Below, piece after piece: positions 49,461-58,479 of a stretch of DNA of 64,000 nucleotides. Below the pieces are notes generated by a model. It was not told the origin of the DNA. It made no database searches and worked only from the letters and a program-made list of their open reading frames with translations. The first letter of the stretch is position 1. Each line of letters begins with the position of its first letter. The translations under genes were made by a program, and so were the position numbers. Origin of the DNA: a virus; the IMG/VR virus record IMGVR_UViG_3300027749_000102, positions 5,917 through 69,916 of that record; one strand, written 5' to 3'.

Positions 49461-52238
49461 TTAAATATATTTTTCCCACCCTTCTTCAGCCAAATGATAC
49501 ATATAAAAAGGATTTAATCCTCTTTTTACCCAATAACTTAATTCCTGTTCGGTAATATCCAAAACATCTTTTTGTAAATCATCTTGGTCTCCATCACCTA
49601 ATGGATGTCCATTAATTAATTCACATTGTGCTGTTGTAAAAATACCTCTTTGTTCTGGATCCGTAACAAGTAATCCGTTTCTAACATCATCTTGAAACAC
49701 AACCATTAAAGGTTCCATTCTTTTATTAAATGTTGCTATTGCTTTTGGAACATTATAATCACCTGTTAAATTAGGATTTTTATCTAAAATATCTTTATCC
49801 AACATATAACAATTAATCTGAATCCCTGCTTCTACAATAGTAGGTTTACGAGTAGTTTCAAATAAAAATTCTGATTGATTTGTTACATTAACTTTTTTTT
49901 CTACGGCTTTCACAACGTCACCTTGTGATGCCTTTGTTCCATTATTAACATAAAATATAACATCTCCTAAATTAACATTTAACTTATTTTGTATTGCCAA
50001 TTCCATATGAGCCATGCGACTCATACTATTCCCTGACTTAGTTTTTGTATTTAATCTCGCCTTATAATCTTCAATACTTAATTTAACTTTTGCTCTTTGA
50101 GCAATCTTACTTAACGCAATTTCTTTATCAAATATCTTTTGAAGATATTCATAATAATATTCCACAAATGCTTTTCCATTACCTTCCAATAACAACTTAA
50201 CACCCTTATCCAAAAATTCTTCAATATACAATGGAAGTTTTTTAGATTTTATACTATTGCCAGTTAACTTTATCTTTCCTTTAGCATCCATAACGGCATA
50301 ATTTTTTCTGGCAAGATTTATACATGACGGCCATACACCATCGGTATCTAACGCCATTTCGCCGCGCATGAATACATCATTATATTCTGCAACATCTGCC
50401 TCAGGTCCATAATACTCCTTACCCTCTTTAACTTTCCAATTTAATCCACGACCAACATAAACTCGGTCTTTGGCTTCATCGGGAGTAGAAAAGTTTACAC
50501 CGTCAGTGTCCATTACTAACGGAACATATCCTTTTTTCATAAAGAATTTTAACATCTGCCTTAAGTATTGTCTCGCAGTACAGGTAATTTGTTCACCCAT
50601 AAACATATCACCCCAAGCATAAACCTGTGGTGCGGACAATGCTCCAAACATACTGTTTATAAAAATCTTAATAGGTAACTGTTTGTTTCCATATGATGCT
50701 GATTTATCTGGATCGGTTACATAATACTTCTCTGCAAGTTCTTTATATTTGATACGAGTATTACGGAAATAACTTAACATACCTTTCATCGCGCCTGTTA
50801 CATCACAATCAGGGAAAACATCATGTACAAGTTGAATAGAGGGGTATAGAGAGGAGAAATCCAGTTTAAGTACATTCTTACTATAACCAACCTTAAGTAG
50901 TCTGGAAAGACCTCCTACGAAGTCTGTCTTTGATTCTTTGGCGGGTATTGCTAATCCATGTTTATGAGAAAACGCTAACATTAGCATTTTCCAGAGGGTA
51001 GCTGTGCCCATTGTTGATACCCTTTCATATGTTGTTGGAATCATCGCAGCCAACAAGAATGAACCCTGATTAAATTCTTGGTCAACTTTTAATGTTTCAT
51101 CCAAATCATCATCAAGGTACATTTCAACCAACTTATCACCAGTAATCTTCTTATATACACCAGGAAACTTTATATCCAAATCTTGATAATCTACCGCCTT
51201 CTTATATTTTCCGTTATTAATATTTAACCAATATTCTTCTCTATTTAAGAACATCTTACCAATATTCTCGTGGTCAATATAAACACGGTCAGCAGCCTCA
51301 GCGTTAATATATTTTGTAATGTATTTTAAACCCGCGGCTTTAATACTTGAGTTAATTGCTTGTGCTCTCCGAACGGCATGGATAATATCAATTACATTAT
51401 AACCCCAAATTGAAGTTTGGGTAAAACTCTCAACTTCATTTGCGAGTTTTAACATACTATCCTTTCTTGTAAATGAATGTTGTGGATGTAATGACCTACA
51501 AATCTTTTTTGGGTCAAGATTTAAAATTCTACACCTTTCAAATATCCAATGCCAATCAAAGTTTGCCGAATTATATCCACCAATAATACTTGGTTTAAGT
51601 TCGTCAATAACTCTGAAGAATTCAATGATAGCATTTCTTTCTTCGGATTCATCCATACACTCAATCACTCTATGATATCCTTTATTTGTTTTAATTCCAA
51701 TCATAAAGATACGTCCGTCCTTTGGGTCAAGAGCAGTAGTCTCCAAATCATAAACAAGTCTTGTGACTTCATTATAATTCTCAAATCCTTTGAATAATCT
51801 TTTTTCTTTTGAAATTAAATATTGTTCTACAGGAGGTAGAACAATTATCTTATCTTTTGTCTTTTCACCCCACGGATCACAACCACCATCTCTAAAAAAT
51901 TGAATAAGTTCTCTATAACCATTTAGGGATCTAACCATGAAGGTCATACCTTTTTGTAATCTTTCATTACCATGAGTTTCTAACTTATCTATGGTAATAC
52001 CATATTTTGTCATGGCAATTTTTTGGGCTTCTTTAGAATCTCCATAAAACTTTATACCACGTAAATCTCCCACCCATGCGAATGCTATAAATGAGTCCTT
52101 TCGGATTTCTTTTCCTTTACCGGGTATTTCTTTTATTTTAAAAATGGAATTTGATGCATAGTCATACTCAATTGCAACTATAAATTCTTCAGGATCATTT
52201 CCGTGAAGGAAAGATTCTATATCTTCATTAGATATCAT
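49461..52238 (-). CDS. Family B DNA polymerase with 3'-5' exonuclease
   Basis: ExoI YDLET, ExoII GYNSANFD, ExoIII YLDDD, motif A DFSSLYPS, motif B KIFINSMFG, motif C MDTDG, RKNYA. Confidence 0.95.
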   Translation of the reverse strand: MISNEDIESFLHGNDPEEFIVAIEYDYASNSIFKIKEIPGKGKEIRKDSFIAFAWVGDLRGIKFYGDSKEAQKIAMTKYGITIDKLETHGNERLQKGMTFMVRSLNGYRELIQFFRDGGCDPWGEKTKDKIIVLPPVEQYLISKEKRLFKGFENYNEVTRLVYDLETTALDPKDGRIFMIGIKTNKGYHRVIECMDESEERNAIIEFFRVIDELKPSIIGGYNSANFDWHWIFERCRILNLDPKKICRSLHPQHSFTRKDSMLKLANEVESFTQTSIWGYNVIDIIHAVRRAQAINSSIKAAGLKYITKYINAEAADRVYIDHENIGKMFLNREEYWLNINNGKYKKAVDYQDLDIKFPGVYKKITGDKLVEMYLDDDLDETLKVDQEFNQGSFLLAAMIPTTYERVSTMGTATLWKMLMLAFSHKHGLAIPAKESKTDFVGGLSRLLKVGYSKNVLKLDFSSLYPSIQLVHDVFPDCDVTGAMKGMLSYFRNTRIKYKELAEKYYVTDPDKSASYGNKQLPIKIFINSMFGALSAPQVYAWGDMFMGEQITCTARQYLRQMLKFFMKKGYVPLVMDTDGVNFSTPDEAKDRVYVGRGLNWKVKEGKEYYGPEADVAEYNDVFMRGEMALDTDGVWPSCINLARKNYAVMDAKGKIKLTGNSIKSKKLPLYIEEFLDKGVKLLLEGNGKAFVEYYYEYLQKIFDKEIALSKIAQRAKVKLSIEDYKARLNTKTKSGNSMSRMAHMELAIQNKLNVNLGDVIFYVNNGTKASQGDVVKAVEKKVNVTNQSEFLFETTRKPTIVEAGIQINCYMLDKDILDKNPNLTGDYNVPKAIATFNKRMEPLMVVFQDDVRNGLLVTDPEQRGIFTTAQCELINGHPLGDGDQDDLQKDVLDITEQELSYWVKRGLNPFYMYHLAEEGWEKYI

Positions 52239-52266
52239 AATATATTTTTTAGATTGACCTATTTGC

Positions 52267-52283
52267 TTTCACAATATGTGAAA
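52267..52283. promoter_or_regulatory. Palindrome TTTCACA-ATA-TGTGAAA in the DNA polymerase leader
   Basis: Perfect 7-bp arms lying between the TATTTATA motif (52296-52303) and the ATG at 52238. Confidence 0.4.
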
Positions 52284-52328
52284 TTTGTCTTCCTCTATAA
52301 ATATAAAATTTATTGTTTAATAATCAAA

Positions 52329-52709
52329 TTAGCAACAAGCACTTTCTGAAATAAAACTATCTTGGATATTGATAAATAACTCTTCTCTGATAGGTAAAAT
52401 TAAACTACCCTCATCATTCTTAATTAAAAATTGTCCCTGAAACCTACCAACAGTATTTGTATCTCTTGAGTTAAACTGATAATAAATGTAATATTCTGGT
52501 TGAGCCCCATCTTCAGCAAAAATAAGTGGAACAATATAACAAGGTGCCGAAACAATTTTCGGAATACCGTTATAAACATCCACCATTGAGAAAAAAATCT
52601 TGGATACTTCTAAGTCTTGCATTAATTGGATATAACCCGCTCGCCCATCTCGAACTATTTGCATTTTCAAAACTGGTAACGTTGCATTCTTCTTAATGTA
52701 CCACTCCAT
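52329..52709 (-). CDS. BppU-N-like Ig-fold structural protein
   Basis: YIKKNATLPVL...YYQFNSRDTNTVGRFQGQF...LILP resembles the BppU N-terminal pattern. Confidence 0.55.
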   Translation of the reverse strand: MEWYIKKNATLPVLKMQIVRDGRAGYIQLMQDLEVSKIFFSMVDVYNGIPKIVSAPCYIVPLIFAEDGAQPEYYIYYQFNSRDTNTVGRFQGQFLIKNDEGSLILPIREELFINIQDSFISESACC

Positions 52710-52791
52710 ATTTTCTTGTTTATTAATAAATATATTGTAAATTTGTTTTATAGAGTATAACTTTTCATACTTTATACGATATTTATAGTAT

Positions 52792-52944
52792 ATGAAACCA
52801 AGAAAAAAAGAAGAAGATAAAAAAATTAAATTTGCGATTAGTTTAGACCCTAAATTATTTAAACGAATGGAAGAAGATATTACTAATAAATCAGGGCTTA
52901 TTGAAAAATTACTTAGAGAACACTATGGAAAAAAAGATTTGTAG
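52792..52944 (+). CDS. Small ribbon-helix-helix-like protein (50 aa; MKPRKKEEDKKIKFAISLDPKLFKRMEEDITNKSGLIEKLLREHYGKKDL)
   Basis: Translated by hand; paralogue of 18490..18651; TATTTATA 4 nt upstream; overlaps the HNH start by 20 nt. Confidence 0.72.
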   Translation: MKPRKKEEDKKIKFAISLDPKLFKRMEEDITNKSGLIEKLLREHYGKKDL

Positions 52945-53668
52945 TAAATGTAAAATTGAAAAAGATGTTTGTGAGTTTTATGTTGATAAAACAAAAATAG
53001 ACGGGAAATATTCTTGTTGTAAATTATGTAAAAAATCTTATTCTAATACAAGAACTGACGAAATAAAAATATACTTAAAAAAATGGAGGCTAGATAATCC
53101 TAATTTTGGTAAAGAGTATCGTAAAAAAAACCCTAATTATGTTAAAGAATATTACCAAGATAATAAAGATATTATGTTATCAAGAGTTAAAAAACATTAT
53201 CACGATAATAAAGAAAAAAATTTGGACAAATTAAGAAAACGTAGTAAAGAATATTATGAAAATAATAAAAAAAACCGTTTAGAATATAGTAAAATTTATC
53301 GTAAAAATAACCATAATAAACGCAATGAATATGTTAAAAATAGAAAGTTAACCGACCCCATTTATCGTCTATCGTCTATAGTAAGAAATAGAATAAGAAC
53401 ATTTCTTAAATTAAAAAACATAACAAAAAATAACCCCACATTTAATATTGTTGGTTGCCCGCCAGAATTTTTAAAAGAATATTTAGAGAAACAATTTACT
53501 GAAGGAATGACTTGGGAATTAATGGGTCAAGATATTCATATTGACCATATAATGCCTTTATCTTCCGCAAAAACTAAAGAAGAAATTTATAAACTTTGTC
53601 ATTATACAAATCTTCAGCCCTTATGGGCTGAAGATAATTTGAAAAAAGGAGCTAAGATAAAATCTTAA
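52925..53668 (+). CDS. Free-standing HNH homing endonuclease with N-terminal Zn finger
   Basis: ATG at 52925 (MEKKICSKC), CKLC, IHIDHIMPLSSAK...CHYTNLQPLWAEDNLKKG; paralogue of 17808..18509. Confidence 0.88.
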   Translation: MEKKICSKCKIEKDVCEFYVDKTKIDGKYSCCKLCKKSYSNTRTDEIKIYLKKWRLDNPNFGKEYRKKNPNYVKEYYQDNKDIMLSRVKKHYHDNKEKNLDKLRKRSKEYYENNKKNRLEYSKIYRKNNHNKRNEYVKNRKLTDPIYRLSSIVRNRIRTFLKLKNITKNNPTFNIVGCPPEFLKEYLEKQFTEGMTWELMGQDIHIDHIMPLSSAKTKEEIYKLCHYTNLQPLWAEDNLKKGAKIKS

Positions 53669-55338
53669 CTCTCTTTTCTTAATCCATCAGCATAAAATTC
53701 AAAACGGTCATGCTCTGTTGGTGTTAATAACAAAATACCTGGTTTAATATTACCTTTAACTGTTTCTTGATAACAATACGACATAAGAGTTTGTTCGAAT
53801 GGATGTGCCCATTTTGTTTCTAAATAACATTTATAATTACCTGGTTTACTTAACACAATTGGCCAGTTAGACAGATAGATTTCACCGTCAACATATGGTA
53901 ATCCTTGATGTATTTTAATGTTATTAAATTTAGTTCTTGGAGCGTTGGGGTCTAAACCTTGAACAGGTAAAGATGATTTTTCAGGAAATAATTCTACCCT
54001 AACATGTTGAGGCACATTATACCATGAAAATTGTATATCATTTGATCCATAAAATTCAGTAAAACTTAATTTTAAAAAATCAAAATTTTCATTTTTCATG
54101 ATTTGTAATGATTTTGAATATAAGTTTGGAACAAATCTATTAAAACCATTTCTACACACTTCACCTTTTTTAGGATAAAACGCCATATCATCTTCAAACC
54201 AGTAACAGAAATCTAATCCTGTTTCATCAAAATGTTCTGCAACAAATACTCTACCACCAACAATTCCAATATTATCTTTTTTAATATGTTCAAATCCATA
54301 TTCTTCACAAAGTTCTTTATATCTTGGAGTTGTTGATAAATCGGTTGAATTGTCTAATAAAAATTTCTTAGGTTTAAGAATAAAATCTTTATCATATTCT
54401 AACATTGATTGGATTAATGTTTGAAATTGATTTGGGCTATTAAATGTGATAACATATAGACCAACTTTATTGGTATCCAAAGTATTTTCAAGAGATATTT
54501 TACCTTCAGATTTAACTTTTAAAGTATCATTTTTTAAATCTTCAAAAAACTTATTAATTAAACCATTTGATTCAATTTCAAAATAATTAATTAAATCTGA
54601 ATGTTTATAAGTCATAATGGAAAAAATACTTTCTTCAGTGCCCATATAACCTTCATCTAAAGTAGATTTTAATACACTATAATATATTCCATTAATATCT
54701 GATATTGTATGTTTTGGACCACCGAAGAATCCTCCACGAGCAACTTTATTTACTTTATCACCAGCAATTGAATTTAATTTATTATATTCAAATCCGTGAA
54801 TTTCTGTTTCGGCATCATATGGAAAACATATAAAAGAAAATTTTGAAATGTATTTGGATAATTTATCTAAAACCTTATCATGCGTAAAATATCCTGGATG
54901 GACGGTATTGGATAATCCTCCGTCAATCCAAAACATATATTCAGAATCAAATTTATCCATTATCCTGGCGTCATTTAATAAGAATAGTTTAGACATTACA
55001 AGTGGATTATAATTTTCCAATCTTGCTTGGGTAGATTCTTTTAACCACCCTGATCTGTTTAACCAATCTTCTTGGGTTCTTATTTTTTGAATCTTATCAA
55101 AAAATTCATTATCTCTGAACCAAGATAATGATCTTACAATGAATTGAGTGTTTGAATCACTTCTTCTATCAAAAACAAACTTTTTAAGTTCCTCATCACC
55201 AAAAATAATAAGATTATTATCAACTTCTAAAAGTTTCTCAAATTTATCTAAATAATGTTGGTATGATCTTGACCATCCTTCAGATAATTCTCCTCTTCCA
55301 ATATCCCAAATACCGGTTACTAATGTTATATTACTCAT
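53665..55338 (-). CDS. HtrL/YibB-like domain fused to a GT-A (GT2-like) glycosyltransferase domain
   Basis: TLVTGIWDIGR...FWIDGG...GGFFGG...GTEESI (HtrL-like), then YVITFN...LLDNS...NIGI-GGR...WFEDD (GT-A). Confidence 0.65.
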   Translation of the reverse strand: MSNITLVTGIWDIGRGELSEGWSRSYQHYLDKFEKLLEVDNNLIIFGDEELKKFVFDRRSDSNTQFIVRSLSWFRDNEFFDKIQKIRTQEDWLNRSGWLKESTQARLENYNPLVMSKLFLLNDARIMDKFDSEYMFWIDGGLSNTVHPGYFTHDKVLDKLSKYISKFSFICFPYDAETEIHGFEYNKLNSIAGDKVNKVARGGFFGGPKHTISDINGIYYSVLKSTLDEGYMGTEESIFSIMTYKHSDLINYFEIESNGLINKFFEDLKNDTLKVKSEGKISLENTLDTNKVGLYVITFNSPNQFQTLIQSMLEYDKDFILKPKKFLLDNSTDLSTTPRYKELCEEYGFEHIKKDNIGIVGGRVFVAEHFDETGLDFCYWFEDDMAFYPKKGEVCRNGFNRFVPNLYSKSLQIMKNENFDFLKLSFTEFYGSNDIQFSWYNVPQHVRVELFPEKSSLPVQGLDPNAPRTKFNNIKIHQGLPYVDGEIYLSNWPIVLSKPGNYKCYLETKWAHPFEQTLMSYCYQETVKGNIKPGILLLTPTEHDRFEFYADGLRKES

Positions 55339-56212
55339 AAATTCTATTTAATTCTTCTAAAATTTTATAAAAACTTTTATTTTGTTCAAGTGTTTCATCC
55401 GATACTCCTTGTGGAGAATTACCTTTAAACCACCATATATCAAAATCTTTTCTTTCGAATAATTCTCTATGGTTTACACTCATTAAACTCATAATAACTT
55501 CTTCATGTAAAATTACTTTATCCTCACTTATAATCTTTTGAAGATAGTCTTCAAATATATTTACAACCTCATCCCACCTATCTCTATGACCTCCGAACAG
55601 TCCTCCGATAATATGAATATTTCTATCGTATTCTTTATACCATTTAGGGTCAACAGTTCCAGACCAAAAATTTCTATCATTTTCTTTACCAATAAGTAAA
55701 AATTTATCTCTTGTATCTTCAATTACATTATGTAAAAAATCATTATTAAATAAATTACTTTCATAATAACATCTCATTGGACCAACCGCAGTTAAGTATT
55801 TATTAGGGATTAAACCACAATGAGATAATCCTGCATCAATCCAATAATAATAATCATAACTCTTATCTTCTTTCCACCACCAATGAAATTTACTGTATTG
55901 TATTTCAACACATCTATCAGAGTGTTTTGCCTCATCAATATTTTTATATTGATTAATTAAATCTTTAAACTTGGTATTTGATATATCAAACACTTCAAAT
56001 ACTAATTTATCTGAAGATATGTTATGTTGGGTATAAAAAAAATCTTTTAAATCTTCAATTTCTCTATCTGAAGTATAACATAAAAAGTCCGCGTCACTCA
56101 TTTTTAATAAGGATAATAAACTCCATTTGTAATGTCCCCCCCTACTTGGTCTTCCTCCAAATTCGGTTCCATGTAAATCACTATAAATCGATGTTATAAA
56201 TTTAATTTTCAT
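55331..56212 (-). CDS. HtrL/YibB-like putative glycosyltransferase
   Basis: YSKF...YYWIDAGLSH...IIGGLFGG...HEEVIMS; ATG at 56212 gives an ATGA overlap with the upstream stop. Confidence 0.6.
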   Translation of the reverse strand: MKIKFITSIYSDLHGTEFGGRPSRGGHYKWSLLSLLKMSDADFLCYTSDREIEDLKDFFYTQHNISSDKLVFEVFDISNTKFKDLINQYKNIDEAKHSDRCVEIQYSKFHWWWKEDKSYDYYYWIDAGLSHCGLIPNKYLTAVGPMRCYYESNLFNNDFLHNVIEDTRDKFLLIGKENDRNFWSGTVDPKWYKEYDRNIHIIGGLFGGHRDRWDEVVNIFEDYLQKIISEDKVILHEEVIMSLMSVNHRELFERKDFDIWWFKGNSPQGVSDETLEQNKSFYKILEELNRIYE

Positions 56213-56934
56213 ATACTTTCTGTAAATCTTTGTGAATAATTTATATTTCCCCAATCCGAAAAATGTGGTAAATGAAATGGGGCAAAATTATTTGTTGGTT
56301 TAATTTTATGTGGAATTTCTGAATAGTAAACTCTATCCATCATATCTCCGTCTTCGGCGCCCCATCCAACATATTTTTCATTGAATCCGCCTAAAGATGT
56401 TAATAAATTAGTGTCGGAAATATAAACGCCGCCTAATCCACCAGTATGGTGTCTTAATGGTCCATTTTCTTTAGCACCTGAATATGCGTAAGACCAATCA
56501 GCTTTATCAATGATAAAAGTATCATCAACAATATAATCCGAAACATTGTCATTTAATTTTGCCAAATCAAAAGTGCAAACATCTCCTTTATTTAGGGATT
56601 TAATTAATTCCAAAAGTTTTTCATAATCTTGTTCGTGAAAAAATGCGTCACAATCTATAATCATAAAAAAATCATAATCTTGTTTATCTTTTAGAATTAT
56701 GTTAGTTTTTTCTGCTTTTTTATAGACACCCAAGGGGTATGATATGTGAATTGCGTCAGAGATTATTTGTTCAGGGGAAAAATCGTATAGAGATGCTTTT
56801 GCGGTAATTCCGTTTGAGTTAAGATAATTTGATAATTTTTTTAATTCTTTCCAAGAAAAATTAACATTTCTTATTCTGGTTGAATCAGGTTGACCATCAT
56901 CCCAAAATTTCATATTTAAAGAGATACTATTCAT
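56209..56934 (-). CDS. GT-A glycosyltransferase (GT2/GT7 galactosyltransferase-like C-terminus)
   Basis: IIDCD (DxD), GGFNEKYVGWGAEDGD, FHLPH. Confidence 0.8.
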   Translation of the reverse strand: MNSISLNMKFWDDGQPDSTRIRNVNFSWKELKKLSNYLNSNGITAKASLYDFSPEQIISDAIHISYPLGVYKKAEKTNIILKDKQDYDFFMIIDCDAFFHEQDYEKLLELIKSLNKGDVCTFDLAKLNDNVSDYIVDDTFIIDKADWSYAYSGAKENGPLRHHTGGLGGVYISDTNLLTSLGGFNEKYVGWGAEDGDMMDRVYYSEIPHKIKPTNNFAPFHLPHFSDWGNINYSQRFTESI

Positions 56935-57862
56935 TTACTAATATTTTAATTGTTTCCCAAATATTATATTTAGGATTTATGAAAAAATCTTTTTTTAATT
57001 TTTTTATGTTATCAGAGTATTGTTCGTATAGTCCTGATTCATTTTCTACTATAGATTTAACTTTATTAACCATTTCATCCATAGTCATATTATTAAGAGA
57101 GATGTAACAATTATCGGGTATCAATTCATTAATGTTGGAACATCCTAAATAAATTGGAATGGTATTTGTTAAAACAGCGTCCCAAAATTTTTCACTAATA
57201 TAATTTTTTTGAATGGTATTTTCGCAAGCCACGGAAAATTTATAGTCATCAAGACCAGCGTGTTTGTTCCACACCTCTCCTTTAATATTTTCACCATTAG
57301 ATTCCCAATAAGTTCCGTAAACATCAATCCTTTTATCTTTAGATAATTCAATACCTAAATTGGTTCTTTCTTCATAATTTATCTTATGAGTATTTGGATT
57401 CTGTAAATGATTGTAATGACTGGAATAATCTTTTCTAACTATGATTGAAACTGACTTGTTTTTTGAATAGTCTTTATCTTTTAATTTAGAAGACCAATCC
57501 CACTCTTCTCTATGGTCATTCTCGCCTCGACCTGCATAAAACATTGGCAATAATGTTTCAATATATTCTTCTCTATCAGGGTATTCTAATTTGTCCGATA
57601 CTAATATTTTTGAACAGTAATCGTGTATACCATCTTTTGGCTGATTTGGAGACCATAAAGGTTCTTGTGAAACATAAAAAGTCCTTTCTTTTGGGGTCTC
57701 AATTTTATCCCAATCGGTTCTGCCAAAAACTATGGTAAAATCAGGGTTTTCTGTAACAAATGAATATTGATTTAAATCATCATTTGGTACAAATTGTCTT
57801 ATCATTCTTGCATTTAACAAGGGTGTATTTGTCCACCAGCATTCTAATTTTATTTTAATCAT
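56927..57862 (-). CDS. GT10 alpha-1,3/4-fucosyltransferase-like
   Basis: YKFSVACENTIQKNYISEKFWDAVL...IPIYLG is the GT10 signature (YKFxxxxEN...YxxEK). Confidence 0.85.
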   Translation of the reverse strand: MIKIKLECWWTNTPLLNARMIRQFVPNDDLNQYSFVTENPDFTIVFGRTDWDKIETPKERTFYVSQEPLWSPNQPKDGIHDYCSKILVSDKLEYPDREEYIETLLPMFYAGRGENDHREEWDWSSKLKDKDYSKNKSVSIIVRKDYSSHYNHLQNPNTHKINYEERTNLGIELSKDKRIDVYGTYWESNGENIKGEVWNKHAGLDDYKFSVACENTIQKNYISEKFWDAVLTNTIPIYLGCSNINELIPDNCYISLNNMTMDEMVNKVKSIVENESGLYEQYSDNIKKLKKDFFINPKYNIWETIKILVNE

Positions 57863-57879
57863 AACTTATTTTATTTTAA

Positions 57880-58479
57880 TTATATAATATCTAATGATAA
57901 ACTGTTATATCTCACAAATTTATCAGGACAATATTTAAAAATATGGTCATTTTGTAATTGTCTAATATCTAAAGCATAATGTCCGTCGGCATTCCTATAA
58001 CTAATATTATGTATACATGTTTTTTTTAACATACGATATCTCATCATACAAGATCCAATATCAAAAAGACCTAAATCAAATCTATGTTCACCATCACCAT
58101 ACAATCTAATTTTTTCCGTTAAACCTGCTTTTTGTGAAAATAAAACTAAATCAACATCAGAATCTTTTTCTTCATTATATGTTGAAATTAAATCCCAAGT
58201 AACGACATTATCGTCGTCTAAAAAATAACACCAATCATTATTATCTACAGGTATATCAGTAATAAAATAATTCCTTTGTTCATGACCCCAAATATGTGAA
58301 GTGTCTATCTTATAAAATTTAACTCTATTATCCCCTTCAAGGAAACTAACATCTTCTTCACCAATGCTATTACTACCCTTAATTAAATGCCAATTAAAAT
58401 CCTCTACTTGATGTTTAATTGTTGAATATACTGCTCTTAAATTATTATACCGATAAAGTGGGGTAATAAAATGTATCAT
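57880..58479 (-). CDS. GT-A glycosyltransferase (GT2/GT43-like)
   Basis: FITP, QRN, CYFLDDDN, DIG; YFxDDDN is the GT43 glucuronosyltransferase-type motif. Confidence 0.65.
   Translation of the reverse strand: MIHFITPLYRYNNLRAVYSTIKHQVEDFNWHLIKGSNSIGEEDVSFLEGDNRVKFYKIDTSHIWGHEQRNYFITDIPVDNNDWCYFLDDDNVVTWDLISTYNEEKDSDVDLVLFSQKAGLTEKIRLYGDGEHRFDLGLFDIGSCMMRYRMLKKTCIHNISYRNADGHYALDIRQLQNDHIFKYCPDKFVRYNSLSLDII

Noticed and set aside
50640-50675. PolB motif B reading NSMFG instead of NSxYG as a sign of modified-base DNA
   Set aside because: It is a conservative Tyr-to-Phe change, and no base-modification pathway genes are visible in this window.
12792-52238. Inteins or group I introns in RNR, DnaB, SNF2 or DNA polymerase
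   Set aside because: The proteins are uninterrupted and of ordinary length, with no C...HN intein ends or LAGLIDADG blocks seen.
52901-52924. Longer track start for the second HNH (and similarly 20011, 56254, 62561 for other genes)
   Set aside because: Downstream ATGs match the paralogue or give standard gene overlaps, whereas the longer starts run through other genes or terminators.
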